NCBI GenBank assembly: GCA_965218095.1
Contig: OZ244587.1
Location: 3,904,001 to 3,968,000 of the forward strand
Length of the DNA: 64,000 bases
From: Candidatus Poribacteria bacterium
GTDB lineage: Bacteria > Poribacteria > WGA-4E > PCPOR2b
Direction: 5' to 3'
Shown here one piece after another: positions 1-11,192 of this stretch. Each line of letters opens with the position of its first letter. The first letter of the stretch is position 1. A program made the translations under genes and the position numbers. The notes beneath the pieces were generated by a model. It saw only the letters and a program-made list of their open reading frames with translations. It was not told where the DNA came from and did not search any database.

Positions 1-494
1 GCCGCAGTGTAGTCTAGCTCTACGCCCTCAATGGGATATTGTCTGGCAAGCTCTTCAAGCACTGCAAACTGATGGTCGCGGACCTCTGGATGCGCGAAGC
101 CCCGTCCCCCCTCGGTGAGCTTGTGCGCCGGATTCATGCCGCCGTAACTACTCAGCCGCAAATCAGCGAAAAAGTCCATTCCCTTGTCGTGTGCTCTATC
201 AATCAGGACCCGTAACGGATCGAGGCCCTGATTCATCAGACTCTGCATGCACTCCCACGCGCGCCAAATAATCTGGCTTGTAAAGGGACGTTGGTCGCCG
301 CCGAACATTAAACCGGCCTTAGAGGGGTAGAAGATACCATCCCCACGCTCGACGCAATAGCTAAATGTGTCGACAGCCGTACCTGCGACTTCATCTACCG
401 GTACCCAGGCATCTTCTAAACTCATCGGCGGCTCGAAAAGCCAGAGGTAGGTATGGCGCGCGTCGTTGTGATAGATCGTTCGTTGTCGTCTCAT
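1..494 (-). CDS. GHL10-like (family-10-like glycosyl hydrolase) TIM-barrel protein, 5' part; runs off the window edge
   Basis: Manual translation from ATG at 494 gives MRRQRTIYHNDARH...GLDPLRVLIDRAHDKGMDFFADLRL...FAHPEVRDHQFAVLEELARQYPIEGVELDY, open to base 1. Shares motifs with 59608..61155. Confidence 0.7.
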   Translation of the reverse strand, partial: MRRQRTIYHNDARHTYLWLFEPPMSLEDAWVPVDEVAGTAVDTFSYCVERGDGIFYPSKAGLMFGGDQRPFTSQIIWRAWECMQSLMNQGLDPLRVLIDRAHDKGMDFFADLRLSSYGGMNPAHKLTEGGRGFAHPEVRDHQFAVLEELARQYPIEGVELDYTA

Positions 495-517
495 TGCTGC
501 GTTCCCTAATCAACAAA

Positions 518-1192
518 TCACTTATGCTCATAACAGTCTTGCGGATAATAGTCGAGTGCGAGGCGTCCGTGATCGAGATCGTACCGCGGCCAGTTGCTGT
601 CGGAAACGCCAAACACGATTTCAAACTTCACGCCGGGATGCGTAATGGCTTGCTCAAACACGCGCACCGCATCGGCATGACCGAGGTGATGGGGGTGTTG
701 GGGAAGCGGTCTATCACGGTTGAAATTGCCAATCCGAACAGCCACAAATGACATGTCGTACTGACTCGCATAAGAATACCCCAAAGCCTCGCCGAACACT
801 TTGCTGACCGTATAGAAGCCGACAGGGCGGGGTAGCATATCAACCGTCCGCTTCATGCTTTGGGGATAAGGACCAAGCACCCCGGCGCGGCTGGCATAAG
901 CAATCCGTTTCACGCCATTCAGACGGGCCGCTTCAAGCATGTTGTAAGTACCGATGAGGTTGCTCTGCAGGACACCCTCCCATTCATGGTCTATGCCGGT
1001 GAGATGGATGACTGCCTCCATATCCTTTGTGGCTTCGAGCATGGTGTCGAAGTCTGCCACATCACCTTCGATGGTGTCTTCGAGGTCAGGTATCGGTAGG
1101 CGGTCAAGGCCACGAATCGTATGCCGGTCCTTCATGCCTTTCACAAGTGTTGAACCAACGGCGCCGGCGGCACCGGTAATGAGGATTTTCAT
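518..1192 (-). CDS. NAD-dependent epimerase/dehydratase (uronate dehydrogenase-like extended SDR)
   Basis: ITGAAGAVG Rossmann motif, catalytic YTVSK, RIG motif. Confidence 0.85.
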   Translation of the reverse strand: MKILITGAAGAVGSTLVKGMKDRHTIRGLDRLPIPDLEDTIEGDVADFDTMLEATKDMEAVIHLTGIDHEWEGVLQSNLIGTYNMLEAARLNGVKRIAYASRAGVLGPYPQSMKRTVDMLPRPVGFYTVSKVFGEALGYSYASQYDMSFVAVRIGNFNRDRPLPQHPHHLGHADAVRVFEQAITHPGVKFEIVFGVSDSNWPRYDLDHGRLALDYYPQDCYEHK

Positions 1193-1257
1193 TTGTTATT
1201 CATTCCTTTCTGTGGGAAGCAGGTTTCTCCTGCCTATACTTATCCGACTTCGTCTTG

Positions 1258-2444
1258 TTACTGCCTATTGAGAGAGATCGAGCCTGTCAGATTCCCTTCA
1301 AATTTCCGCGAAATCGCTTTGGCTTGATTGGCATCATCGGCGAGGACAAGGAGGCTTTCATTTCCAAATGCTTCCTGTTGAAGCCCTTCGGAATTTTCCA
1401 AAAAACGACTTCCACTCACGCGCAACAGCGTGTTTTGGTAACTGTATCCATTTCCGCCGCCCACCTCTCCACCGACAAGCAGCTCAGCGCCATCTGCCTG
1501 CAATGCCTTCACATTCTCTGCAAGACCGTTCTGGCAACAACGTGCCGACCAGAGCAGCCGTGAACTTCTCCTTCACCATTTCGATGAATCCATCCGAGTC
1601 TTCATCTTTCAGGAGAAGCACAACGCCCGGATTGGTGCAAAACTGTCCTGTCCTCAGGAGGCATGAGGTCAGAAACTCATCGGCGATTTCCCCCGTCCTT
1701 TCTTCGAGGACGCCGGGCAGAATCGTCACGGGATTGATGCTGCTTAACTCCAGATAGATCGGCTTTCCAGCTCTATCCGCCGCTTCTTTCAGCACAAGTC
1801 CAGCCCGACGCGACCCGGTATATCTCGTTGCGCCGATCAGCGGGTGAGAGACCAGTTTGCCTACCTCGTGATCTGTTCAATAGATTAACTGAACTGTCGC
1901 GTCAGGCATGCCTGCATCTTTGGCAGCTTCAAATGCTTCTTCGGCGAAAAGACGGGGCGTCCCCGGATGCGATGAATTCCCCTTCGCAATCGCCGGGTTT
2001 CCTGCCGCAATTGCCGCCGCAAAGTCCCCACCCGCAATGCTATTGAAGGCCAAAGGGAAGTTGTTGGGACCAAACACCGCAACCCCACCGTCCAAAGCCA
2101 CGTACATCGATCGGATGTCTGTTGTGGTATCAATCGTTGGGAGTGTCTAAGATGCATCGCGACCTGCCGCTGCGGCCTGGCGTATCTGATCCGTTGTGCG
2201 CGGCAACTCGACGCCATCTAACCGTGTCTCTTTCGGATAGCTGGTTTCCGCATGCGCCATCTCAACGATTTCTTCTCGTCTCGCCTCGATCCGATCGGCA
2301 TACCGCTCGAGAAAGCTCGCTAGGGTAGACTTTCCCGGTTGGTTCCTTCGTCTGCGGATTGGTCGGGTGGAACACGCCGACGCCATCGGCGGTCCGCCAT
2401 TGTCCGGCGATTAAGACAGGTTGAATTTTATTGGTTGACGTCAC
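1258..2444 (-). pseudogene. NADP-dependent aldehyde dehydrogenase (KGSA dehydrogenase-like), multiply frameshifted and deleted
   Basis: Fragments in several frames: VLIAGQWR; ELPRTTDQIR; VFGPNNFPLAF..AGGDFAAA; ELSSINP..GQFCTNPG; EAFGN..LTGSI. Confidence 0.85.
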
Positions 2445-2497
2445 TTGATCTCCTTGTATCGAATTTTGTCAGATTCCAACGACAAAGGCGGAGCACG

Positions 2498-3256
2498 CTA
2501 CTCCCCTGCAAATTCTTTAATCTTCGGGACATCATCCGTCCATAGCTCGCCGATCTCATTTCGCAGCAGCCACTCGACATCACGTCGGGTACGGACGAAC
2601 CCGCCTTCGACAGCAATGCCTTTCGCTTTGAGCTGCCTGACCTTCCGAATCAGCGAGCGTGCGATACTGTTGTACAGGCAAAAGTGATTGATCCGGCTCC
2701 AGCCAATGATGATCCGATCCGCATTGATTGCCTCCGCTGTCTTGAGGAAATTCGCCATCGGATTGATGAGAATCGCACTCGTCTGAATGTCGGGTTCGAT
2801 TTGTTTGGCTTGGATCAGCAACTCCTTACGCGAATAAAAGGTCAGAATACCGACCTTATCGACGAGATCAAACTGCCGAATCCGATCCACGACAATCGGC
2901 ATGAGGGCTTGCGAGCTTTCCTTGGGTTCAATGAAGCACGGCAATCCCGTTTCCTGGACAAACGAGAGCACCTGATCGAGATGCGCGACGGGTTCATCAG
3001 AATCCAAGACTTTGAGCTTTTGAACATCAGCCCAATTCAATTCGCTTAGAGGTTCTGAACAGCCCGCTACTTCCTGAATGTTGTCCTGATTAAAGTCTGT
3101 ATGAATAATAATTGGCTCTTGATCTTTGGTCAGGCGGACATCACACTCAAAGGCGTCTGCGCCGTCGTCAAACGCTTGCTTGAAGGCGGCGATTGTATTT
3201 TCGGGGGCGCGATCCATGCCACCACGGTGGGCGAGGATTTTGATTTCGGTTTTCAT
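2498..3256 (-). CDS. Glycerophosphodiester phosphodiesterase (GDPD family)
   Basis: AHRGG..APENTIAAF, ECDVRLTKD..H, IEPK, terminal WTDD. Confidence 0.9.
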   Translation of the reverse strand: MKTEIKILAHRGGMDRAPENTIAAFKQAFDDGADAFECDVRLTKDQEPIIIHTDFNQDNIQEVAGCSEPLSELNWADVQKLKVLDSDEPVAHLDQVLSFVQETGLPCFIEPKESSQALMPIVVDRIRQFDLVDKVGILTFYSRKELLIQAKQIEPDIQTSAILINPMANFLKTAEAINADRIIIGWSRINHFCLYNSIARSLIRKVRQLKAKGIAVEGGFVRTRRDVEWLLRNEIGELWTDDVPKIKEFAGE

Positions 3257-3317
3257 GCAGTCGTTTTGAACCTATCCGTTCACTTTTTCTTCTGTTAATT
3301 CGGAACTTGACAACACC

Positions 3318-3524
3318 TTAAGGGGTAGTACAATCGATTCTACTTCTGAACCTTATCTCAAATGCGGCTCTCCCTTCCAGGACAAGAAACACCTCATGCC
3401 CCAGGTCGTGGCTATGGAGTTGGGCTATCTGACCCGGTCCCACTCGCAAAAAGCAGGAGCGGATTTGCGGGGTGACGAGGACGTTTCGGATATCGTTTCG
3501 GTAGTCGTAAACAGTTAATACCAA
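3318..3524 (-). pseudogene. Cupin-domain protein fragment
   Basis: HSHDLGHEVFLVLEG cupin motif 1 is present; motif 2 is missing; lies next to a MITE. Confidence 0.55.
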
Positions 3525-3545
3525 ATCTGGATCAACCGGCTGCTA

Positions 3546-3670
3546 GGGCGTGTTGACATATTCGAAGGAATTCGCTTATTGTTTCACTCTGCTCGATCGG
3601 GATTGCCAAATTCCGATCGCCGTTGGATTTGACAATCCAACGGGAGCATCAATAATTTTTCAACACGCCC
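3546..3670. mobile_element. ~125-bp MITE with terminal inverted repeats
   Basis: (TA)GGGCGTGTTGA...TCAACACGCCC(TA) perfect IR; no transposase. Confidence 0.65.
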
Positions 3671-5262
3671 TAATACGAAGACGGTATCCTCTATCACTGA
3701 TCCTCGGAAAAGGGTTAGTAGCCTTTAATCTGGAACTGGTATAAACTCATGGTTGTGTCCTTTCATTTGCCAGTTTGGGTACTTCTGTAGTGCTTCACGG
3801 CAGAAGTTTTTGGACAGATAAAAGACTTCGGCAGTTTTCGAAAGCTTCCGGAATCTGGGGAGCTTATGTCCAAAAATTTGTGCCGCAGACCCGTAGGAGC
3901 TTGCCCTCATCAAGTCAGCTACTTGATAACAGCCAAATCTTCCACGTGATCGAGGACTTGACCGGTATCGCTGTAAACAGTCAGGCGAACCCGGGGGCCA
4001 TCAACCGCGAATAGACAATAATGTTTCGAGATAGCAAAAGATTCGACCTGCCTCACCCACGGAACCGATTTATCCTGAACATAAAATGGAGCGCCACACC
4101 CACCGCTGATAATCTGCCATACCGGGAACCGGTAATCGCGATGAACCGCTGAATCAATCCGCGTTCGACTATAGTTGTGTTCATCGCCACATAAAACGGC
4201 AAGCACCTTCTTGTATTTCGCGACAATCGTCCAAAAACGGTTCCGCATATCAACCACATCTCCCAAAGGCGCGTCGGGTTCGTTGTAACCACCGAGTTCT
4301 CCTTTGCCTGATGCCCCCCAATACATTGTGTCACGGACATGTCCGCCGTTAGGGAACGCCGGCTCGTGAAAGATAAGAAAGGCCAATCGATATTGGCGTC
4401 AGCCTGCGCGGCTTGCAAATCGCGTTCGAGCCATTCCAACTGGTTTGCCCGGATATATCCCTCTCGATTGCCACCAAGGTGCTTGAGGGCAATGTTGTTG
4501 GCTTCCTTATCGAAGGCATTCCGGCTGAAGCCAGTCGCCTTTCTCTGCCCTGTATACCAATAGTTGCTGTTGAGCGTCACAAAATGGAGGTTTCCATAGT
4601 TGAAGGAATACACATTTTCGGCGTAACTTGGCCCAGTTTGGGCACCCCCTAAACCGGGACTACGGACTTCTGGCAGCGGAGCATCAAAGCCGTATACACT
4701 TCCTTGGAAATTTACAAACTCTTCGGCGAAGCAAGCTTCAGCACTCTCTTCCTCTCCTCGATCTGCGAACACCAGAAAAGACATGCCTTTCTCCAGTAGA
4801 TCAGCGACTTTGTAGAAATTTCCAACCTGTTCGTGATTGCCTATTGCCTCGTAAATCGGAATAGAAGCCGCGACCGGTTGGACGACTTGTTTCCACACCT
4901 CCAACTGGAATTCAAAATCTCTCCTATCGGAAGTATATCCATTGACCAGATCGCCGCCAAAGCAGATAAAATGGGCGCCTTTGTTATGCAACCCCATCGC
5001 AAATTGGCCAAGATCTCTGGCGTTGACACCGTTGAGTGATCGCTCGCCACCCCCCACACCGCCTCGGCTATCTGACATAAATCTAAACTTGAAGGGGTGT
5101 TGGTTGCCCGGCGCAGGGGCGGTGCGAAACGAATGTGTCTGTGTGATGCCCCCATCCGCTGAATACCGAACACGATAGGCATATTGTCTATCCGGTCTCA
5201 ATCTTGTGATGAGCACTTCATGATGCGTGGAAATCGGGGCATCGGCAATTTCCGTATCATTA

Positions 5263-6215
5263 ACCCAAGTTGCTAGTAATTGAAAATCCATGGGTTTTCC
5301 GTTAAAGTAGAGGTAATCCAAACCATAATACCTCAAAGGAGAAACCAAAGGAGAAACCCATGGACATCCAAATTGCAACCATTTTCTATCTCTGTGACAA
5401 GCTCTTAGAAGCACTCAACTCAAAACCACACCCACAAACGCAGATGTCTGATGCCGAAGTGATGACCACCGGCATCGTCGCTGCGTTGTTCTTCGGGGCA
5501 AACTTGCAAACCACTTGTGACTTTCTAAAGACTCATGGCTATATACCCAAGATGCTTTCAAAAAGTCGATTCAACCGACGACTTCATCGAATTAAACCGA
5601 TGTTCACCACATTGTTCAAAATCTTGGGACGAAGCTATGTGCAACTTAATCAACAGAAAATCTATGCACTGGATACCATACCAATTGCTGTTTGTTCCGC
5701 ATTCGTCGGTCAAAAATCTACACCGATAAGGCATATCGAGGCTATCAAGCGTCCAAACGTCGGTATTTCTATGGCTTGAAAGTTCATCTGCTAGTGACTG
5801 CGAGTCGACACCCTGTTGAATTTTTTGTGACCCCAGCCAGTACAGGGGACGTTGAAGGGTTACAGTGGTTTGACTTCGACTTGCCACCGGGCTATGGTGA
5901 CAAAGCATACAATAATTATGAGATAGAAGATATTGTTACATCAGTCGGAGTCGAATTAAAGCCAGTACGCAAGAAGAATTCCAAGCGGCTGTATCCACCA
6001 TGGGAGACCTACTTGGCTAATTACCATCGTAAGTCTGTTGAGACGGCTGGCAGTTTGATTAACAAACTGCTTCCACGTTCAATCCATGCAGTAACGCAAC
6101 ACGGATTTGAATTGAAAGTGGTCTTGTTTGTATTGGCTAGCAGTATCAATCAGCTCTGAGTTCACTCACATATTCAGTTCACTCACATATTCGATGAATA
6201 GGTCGCAACTTGGGT
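5263..6215 (+). mobile_element. IS982-family insertion sequence
   Basis: IRs ACCCAAGTTGC / GCAACTTGGGT; 8-bp TSD TATCATTA at 5255-5262 and 6216-6223. Confidence 0.9.
5360..6159 (+). pseudogene. IS982 transposase, frameshifted at ~5695
   Basis: MSDAEV, SKSRFNRRL, FYGLKVHL, YGDKAY and RKSVET split across two frames. Confidence 0.85.
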
Positions 6216-6952
6216 TATCATTAATGAAAACCGCACCATCGCTGGCTTGATCTGTTTCCCACGAAATCACAGCGGACTGATGCGTTACCAAATCCACAAA
6301 AGGGCCTTCAGTCACTGTCACAGCGGTGGTGTAAGTGCCGGTCTTCGGTTCGCCCTCGCGTTTATAGCGAAAGTGGCGATCGTAGAAGCGCGCCGCATTG
6401 ATACAAGGGTCAAACACTTCAATGCGGTAGGCAATCACTCCACCGCCGTTTTCAATAAGCCCCGTGTCATAAAGGACTGACTCAAGCTTCGAGATGTCCA
6501 TCTCGATCTGATGTACGGTGGTGCTTGTTTCTTCCTCAAGCGATTCCTCCGCGATCTTGCGATAACGAGGAACCCTTAATTTGCCTTCTGCGAGAAAGAC
6601 ACCATAATAGACATTCGCCCCCGGCGTGGGGACCATCGTTTCAAACGTCACGATTGCATAGGCGCCATCAAAACCGGTGACAACCGGTTCTACGGACAAT
6701 AATCGGTCTTCCCCAAATTCCACTGGTTGAAATGTGAATTCTTGAGCCTGTGATGCAATCGTACAAAGGAAGACCCATCCGAATAAGACTATCAGAAACC
6801 GTTTCATTTTTTCTTTCTCCCAATGAATTCTGATATTCATGTTCGGTAGTCTGAATATCACAAGCCCATCAGAACTCTTGTGATTGTACAGCATGTCTTT
6901 GACAAATCTCTAATCTACCGCAACTTTGGACGACCTCACGGATGGGGTTGAG

Positions 6953-7741
6953 CTATAATGCACCACCCGTTCGCTTGTCGTGGAGGTATTCTGCGACCTT
7001 TATCAGCGGCGCGGTCCAGATTCGATCGCGAGCGGCATCCAGGTAGGCAAGCAACTCCTGAAAATCTGTCTGCGCAACAGGCAGGTGGCCCTCTCCGATG
7101 CCGTGAAAGGTGAAGATGCTCCACCCGCCCCCGATCTTATCGGGATTCAAAGCAACTTGCATCGCTGTTCGTTCGACCAGTCCAATCAACTCTGCGGCAC
7201 TCCGTCGTTCACACTTCCATGAGTTCAAGCAGTGCAGATCTGTGTGATAGGGCGAATTAATCGAGTTGGACATTTCACCGCCAGCCCTCGCTGTGAAGAA
7301 AAGCTTTGCCACGATCGGGACGTAGCTCTGTCGATTTAGCCCCCTGCCGACGAATGTGTTATAGCAGGGATAGCAGAAACTCCAACGCTCCACCTCTGGA
7401 AACACAGACTTGAAGCGCCCATCCGCCTCGCGCAATTCGACTTCAACCTCATCAAGCGTCCGATACTCAAGCCCGTGCTGATCAGGATTCATCACGCCCG
7501 CACAACTACACCAGTGATTGATCGAGTGGTTGCCGATCTCGTGACCAGATTCAAAAGGGGGGCGAAAACGCTTTAACGCCTTTTGTCCCTCATCTTTGCC
7601 CCTTGCCTTGATATAGAATGTTCCCCGTAAGTCATACTTCTCCAACAACGGTATGGCTATATCGAGATGCGACCCCATCCCGTCATCAAATGTTAGACTA
7701 ATCGCTGCCTTTGTATCTCCAGTCCACAGGAATTGCTGCAT
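6953..7741 (-). CDS. Polysaccharide deacetylase (CE4/NodB-like)
   Basis: SLTFDDG, HEIGNHSINH, FCYP, FTFHG. Confidence 0.85.
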   Translation of the reverse strand: MQQFLWTGDTKAAISLTFDDGMGSHLDIAIPLLEKYDLRGTFYIKARGKDEGQKALKRFRPPFESGHEIGNHSINHWCSCAGVMNPDQHGLEYRTLDEVEVELREADGRFKSVFPEVERWSFCYPCYNTFVGRGLNRQSYVPIVAKLFFTARAGGEMSNSINSPYHTDLHCLNSWKCERRSAAELIGLVERTAMQVALNPDKIGGGWSIFTFHGIGEGHLPVAQTDFQELLAYLDAARDRIWTAPLIKVAEYLHDKRTGGAL

Positions 7742-7817
7742 GGCTGTCTCTCATAATGTGTATTGCGTAAAGCGTAAAACATAGTGCGAAATTCTTTACG
7801 TTTTTAGGTTTCAGGTT

Positions 7818-8552
7818 TCACACTTCACGTTTCTTATGCCATATCTTCTCGAAGTTGTCTTTTGGAGCAAAACCGAGAATCCGCTTCGTTTTCTCGTTAG
7901 AGAATTGCTGATGGGGGAGATCGGTGAAGATATTGAATACTTCACACCGTGATGGGAGTTTGGCGAGGTCGATCTCTAATCCGGGCCGAAACGCCTCCGC
8001 CGCATCTCGCCAGGACACTGAGAACGGGTTGAGATCTATCCCCTCGCTTGCATCATCGTGATCGCGGAAGTTGAGAAAAAGATAGCAGAGGACATAAATA
8101 TCGTAGTTCTCTGTGAAGACTTTACAAATCTCCTGCCCAAGCCCTTTTGTGAGTGAATACAAACCCGTCCCTGGGTGACATGGCATATCCGGATTCATCT
8201 CATAATCATAGTCCGTGTAAGAACTTCCAGCAATGGTAAAATGTGGACCTGTGTTGATCACCCTTCGGATGCCGTGTGCAACCGCCGCTCGCATCATGTT
8301 GTAGCAGCCGCGTGTGCTCACGTCGAAGGCGAGGCGCGGATCATGGCGTAAAACGGAACAGTTGATGATAGTATCCATGCCTTCCACAGCCTTCATGACC
8401 TCATCCAGAGATGAGACATCAACACGCATCGCTTCATGTTTTGTTTCAATCAACTTGATGTCCGTGGTTCGCAGTTGGTAGTACGGCTCCAACGCTTTCA
8501 CGACATGGGGACCCAGATAACCGTGTCCGCCCAAGATCAATACCTTCATCAC
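7818..8552 (-). CDS. NAD-dependent epimerase/dehydratase
   Basis: GGHGYLG; YSLTK. Confidence 0.85.
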   Translation of the reverse strand: MMKVLILGGHGYLGPHVVKALEPYYQLRTTDIKLIETKHEAMRVDVSSLDEVMKAVEGMDTIINCSVLRHDPRLAFDVSTRGCYNMMRAAVAHGIRRVINTGPHFTIAGSSYTDYDYEMNPDMPCHPGTGLYSLTKGLGQEICKVFTENYDIYVLCYLFLNFRDHDDASEGIDLNPFSVSWRDAAEAFRPGLEIDLAKLPSRCEVFNIFTDLPHQQFSNEKTKRILGFAPKDNFEKIWHKKREV

Positions 8553-9260
8553 TCACCTTTCAACAGAAAATTGTGGATTGAATTTCAGGGATTCTTTCGC
8601 GCTGCTGATTGAAAAGCGGGAATTCGGGAATTCTGACTGAATATGGAAGATTGCCCATCTTGCAGGAGGAGCCTTGAGCGCACACTCAAAAGCGTGAACC
8701 GCATCTCCTATTTCAAGCCACGTTGCGTCAAACGGCTGGTTTTCAGCCTCAGCCTCCATGATCTGTGTGCCCAATCTGAGGCAAATGATATTGATATGCC
8801 CCTCACGCGCGAATTCCCGACAGACAAACTCACCGAGATGCCTCGAAAGAATAGAAGCATCCGTCGTGGGACGTGGACGCCACCTTTCGTTGACAGTCCA
8901 ATCTTCGTTATACACCTCCAGGAGGCGAAGGGTGCTTGCATAGATTGCACGGGGAACCTTCTCAGCGGCGGCTGCCCAAAGCAAGTTGTAGGTACAGCGC
9001 GTCAGGAAGTCGATCTCCAAATTCTCTGGATGCGTTGATTCTGCGAGAAGAGAGAAAGGCAACTGAGCCAGATAGATGATGGCATCCATTCCCCTTACCA
9101 ACTCGTTTGTGCCCTCTCCGTGATCGAGATCGCTGCGCACAAACTCAAAATCTGTTTCGACATCGATCAGGTCCGTTAAGCAAATCTGATGCTCGCCGGA
9201 TAATGCGTCGGCTAACCTTTGCGCCAGATCGGATGCGGCTGAAGTGATCAGAATATTCAT
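8553..9260 (-). CDS. Epimerase/dehydratase-like protein with degenerate catalytic motifs
   Basis: Extended-SDR layout, but ITSAASDLA replaces GxxGxxG and ILSRH replaces YxxxK. Confidence 0.7.
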   Translation of the reverse strand: MNILITSAASDLAQRLADALSGEHQICLTDLIDVETDFEFVRSDLDHGEGTNELVRGMDAIIYLAQLPFSLLAESTHPENLEIDFLTRCTYNLLWAAAAEKVPRAIYASTLRLLEVYNEDWTVNERWRPRPTTDASILSRHLGEFVCREFAREGHINIICLRLGTQIMEAEAENQPFDATWLEIGDAVHAFECALKAPPARWAIFHIQSEFPNSRFSISSAKESLKFNPQFSVER

Positions 9261-9385
9261 CTTGAAATCTCCAACGGGAATTGATGGTGATAAAAGCGGC
9301 TTCAATATATCACAAGATTAAATTCGGGCGCAAGAAAAATCTCATAGCGAATCAACGAATTGTCTTACGCATTACGTTTCACGTT

Positions 9386-9736
9386 TCATACGGTCGCCTC
9401 GACTGTAAATCCGCCGACTAACGAATAGTTCGCAGCATAATGATGCAGCTTGGCATTGATTTCCAATATTTCGTCTGGTGTGTGATGGACGCCCGCTCTC
9501 GACCAGATGGCGTTATTGGCTTCGACGCTTTCCCAGAGCGTTATCCAAGCATAATTGTGTTCAGATTGCGCAAGGCCGACCAGCTTTCCTTTGTATCCCT
9601 TGAGGAGCTCAACCCGTAGACACCCAGGCAGGGTACGAAGTGTGGGCAGAAATTCACGCGACATGAACTCTTCAAACAGCTCGTGTTCAACATCAGGTTT
9701 TAACTCAATGGTGTGAATCGCACGAAAACGTGGCAT
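9386..9736 (-). CDS. Hypothetical protein, probable dimeric alpha/beta-barrel (ABM/DABB-like)
   Basis: AAGGAG RBS; ELKPDV..FEEF..LPG..ITLWES pattern. Confidence 0.6.
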   Translation of the reverse strand: MPRFRAIHTIELKPDVEHELFEEFMSREFLPTLRTLPGCLRVELLKGYKGKLVGLAQSEHNYAWITLWESVEANNAIWSRAGVHHTPDEILEINAKLHHYAANYSLVGGFTVEATV

Positions 9737-9825
9737 GTGTCACTCCTTATGCAAAAATAAAAATGGGAAAGCAAGATATACTCTGCTTTCCCACAGATTT
9801 GACTTTTATCACAAATCAGGTCTCA

Positions 9826-10896
9826 TTATCGACCCACGATAAAATCTTCGACCATTTCCCTCGCTTCGGCGTCCGCATACTGATGCGGCGGGGACTTCAT
9901 AAAGTAAGCGCTTGGCCCATAAAGCGCGCCGCCGATGCCGCGGTCTCGGGCAATCTTGCAGCAGCGAATTGCGTCAATTGCGACGCCCGCCGAGTTTGGT
10001 GAATCCCAAACCTCTAATTTCACTTCAGCCCTTACGGGGACATCCCCAAATTCCGTCCCTTCGAGGTAGAGATAACACCACTTCCGATCTTCGAGCCAGG
10101 GGATGTAATCGCTGGGACCGATATAGACGTTTTTGGGCGACATTTCATGGTTCAACTGAGAAACGACGGCATCCGTCTTGGAGATTCGTTTGGATTCCAA
10201 CCGCTCTTTCTCCAGCATATTTTTGAAATCCATGTTTCCACCAACGTTCAATTGAGATGTGCGTTCAAGTTTCAAACCGCGGTCACTCATCAGTTTTGCC
10301 AGGGCACGGTGAACGATGGTCGCGCCGAATTGCGCCTTAATATCATCCCCAACGATGGGTAAGCCCGCCGCTTCAAACTTCGCACGCCACTGATCGTTTT
10401 TTGCGATAAAAACTGGCATGCAGTTCACGACAGCACAACCGGCGTCCAACGCCTGCGCAACGTACCATTTCGTCGCTTCCTCGCTGCCGACAGGCAGATA
10501 GTTGACGAGAATATCAGCCTGGCTTTCACGCAGGACAGCAGCCACATCAATGACTTCAGCCTTCGACTCCTTGACCGTTTCATGGTAGTATTTGGCGAAC
10601 CCATCCATCGTGGGACCACGCTGGACAGTCACGCCGGTCTTCGGCACATCCGAGAATTTAATGGTGTTGTTAATTTCAGTAAAGATTGCATCAGCAACAT
10701 CAAGCCCGACTTTGTTGCTATCAACATCAAAAGCCGCAACGACCTTGACATCACTGACACGGTAAGGCCCCAGTTTAATGTGCATGAGACCGGGAACGAA
10801 TTCACCCGCTTTCGCAGCTCGATAATAATGAACACCTTGAATCAAAGAAGATGCACAGTTTCCCACACCAACAATAGCAATGCGAATTTCAGACAT
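9826..10896 (-). CDS. ino1: myo-inositol-1-phosphate synthase
   Basis: [44 protein letters not shown]. Confidence 0.95.
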   Translation of the reverse strand: MSEIRIAIVGVGNCASSLIQGVHYYRAAKAGEFVPGLMHIKLGPYRVSDVKVVAAFDVDSNKVGLDVADAIFTEINNTIKFSDVPKTGVTVQRGPTMDGFAKYYHETVKESKAEVIDVAAVLRESQADILVNYLPVGSEEATKWYVAQALDAGCAVVNCMPVFIAKNDQWRAKFEAAGLPIVGDDIKAQFGATIVHRALAKLMSDRGLKLERTSQLNVGGNMDFKNMLEKERLESKRISKTDAVVSQLNHEMSPKNVYIGPSDYIPWLEDRKWCYLYLEGTEFGDVPVRAEVKLEVWDSPNSAGVAIDAIRCCKIARDRGIGGALYGPSAYFMKSPPHQYADAEAREMVEDFIVGR

Positions 10897-10928
10897 TATC
10901 AATCCTCCTGTTCTATACATTTTTGTGC

Positions 10929-11007
10929 GAACTCATTGCAGGTAGTTTCTTGGAAGTCTAATAGAGCGCAGCGAAGAATCTCCTCGTTAAGGTGCAAGAG
11001 ATCCTTC
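10929..11007. repeat. 79-bp interspersed repeat (inverted copy at 58637..58715)
   Basis: 74/79 identical by eye; contains a GAGCG(C/A)AGCGAAGAAT core. Confidence 0.85.
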
Positions 11008-11192
11008 ATTTTGAGGTGCCAACGGTAATTTAGACCACAAATAAGCAAAGTTAAACCAAGTGTTGTTGCTCAAATTCAAACGGCGTCAAATAGCCTAACG
11101 CCGAGTGAGGTCTTTTCTGGTTATAAACTTGTACAATAAAATGACCGATTCGCGCTCGGGCATCCATTATATCATCGTAGTCATTGAGATAC

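Larger units (their letters stand above)
3919..6807 (-). pseudogene. Secreted purple-acid-phosphatase-like metallophosphoesterase (FN3 + calcineurin-like), split by IS982 and frameshifted near 4385
   Basis: Signal peptide MKRFLIVLFG. Removing the IS rejoins GAVFIND|TEIADAP. Motifs SDSR, GGDLV and GNHE, then HEP and GDEHNYSR in a second frame. Confidence 0.85.

Noticed and set aside
5263-5414. N-terminus of ORF 4053..5414 and C-terminus of ORF 6166..6894 as real protein
   Set aside because: Both read into IS982 sequence.
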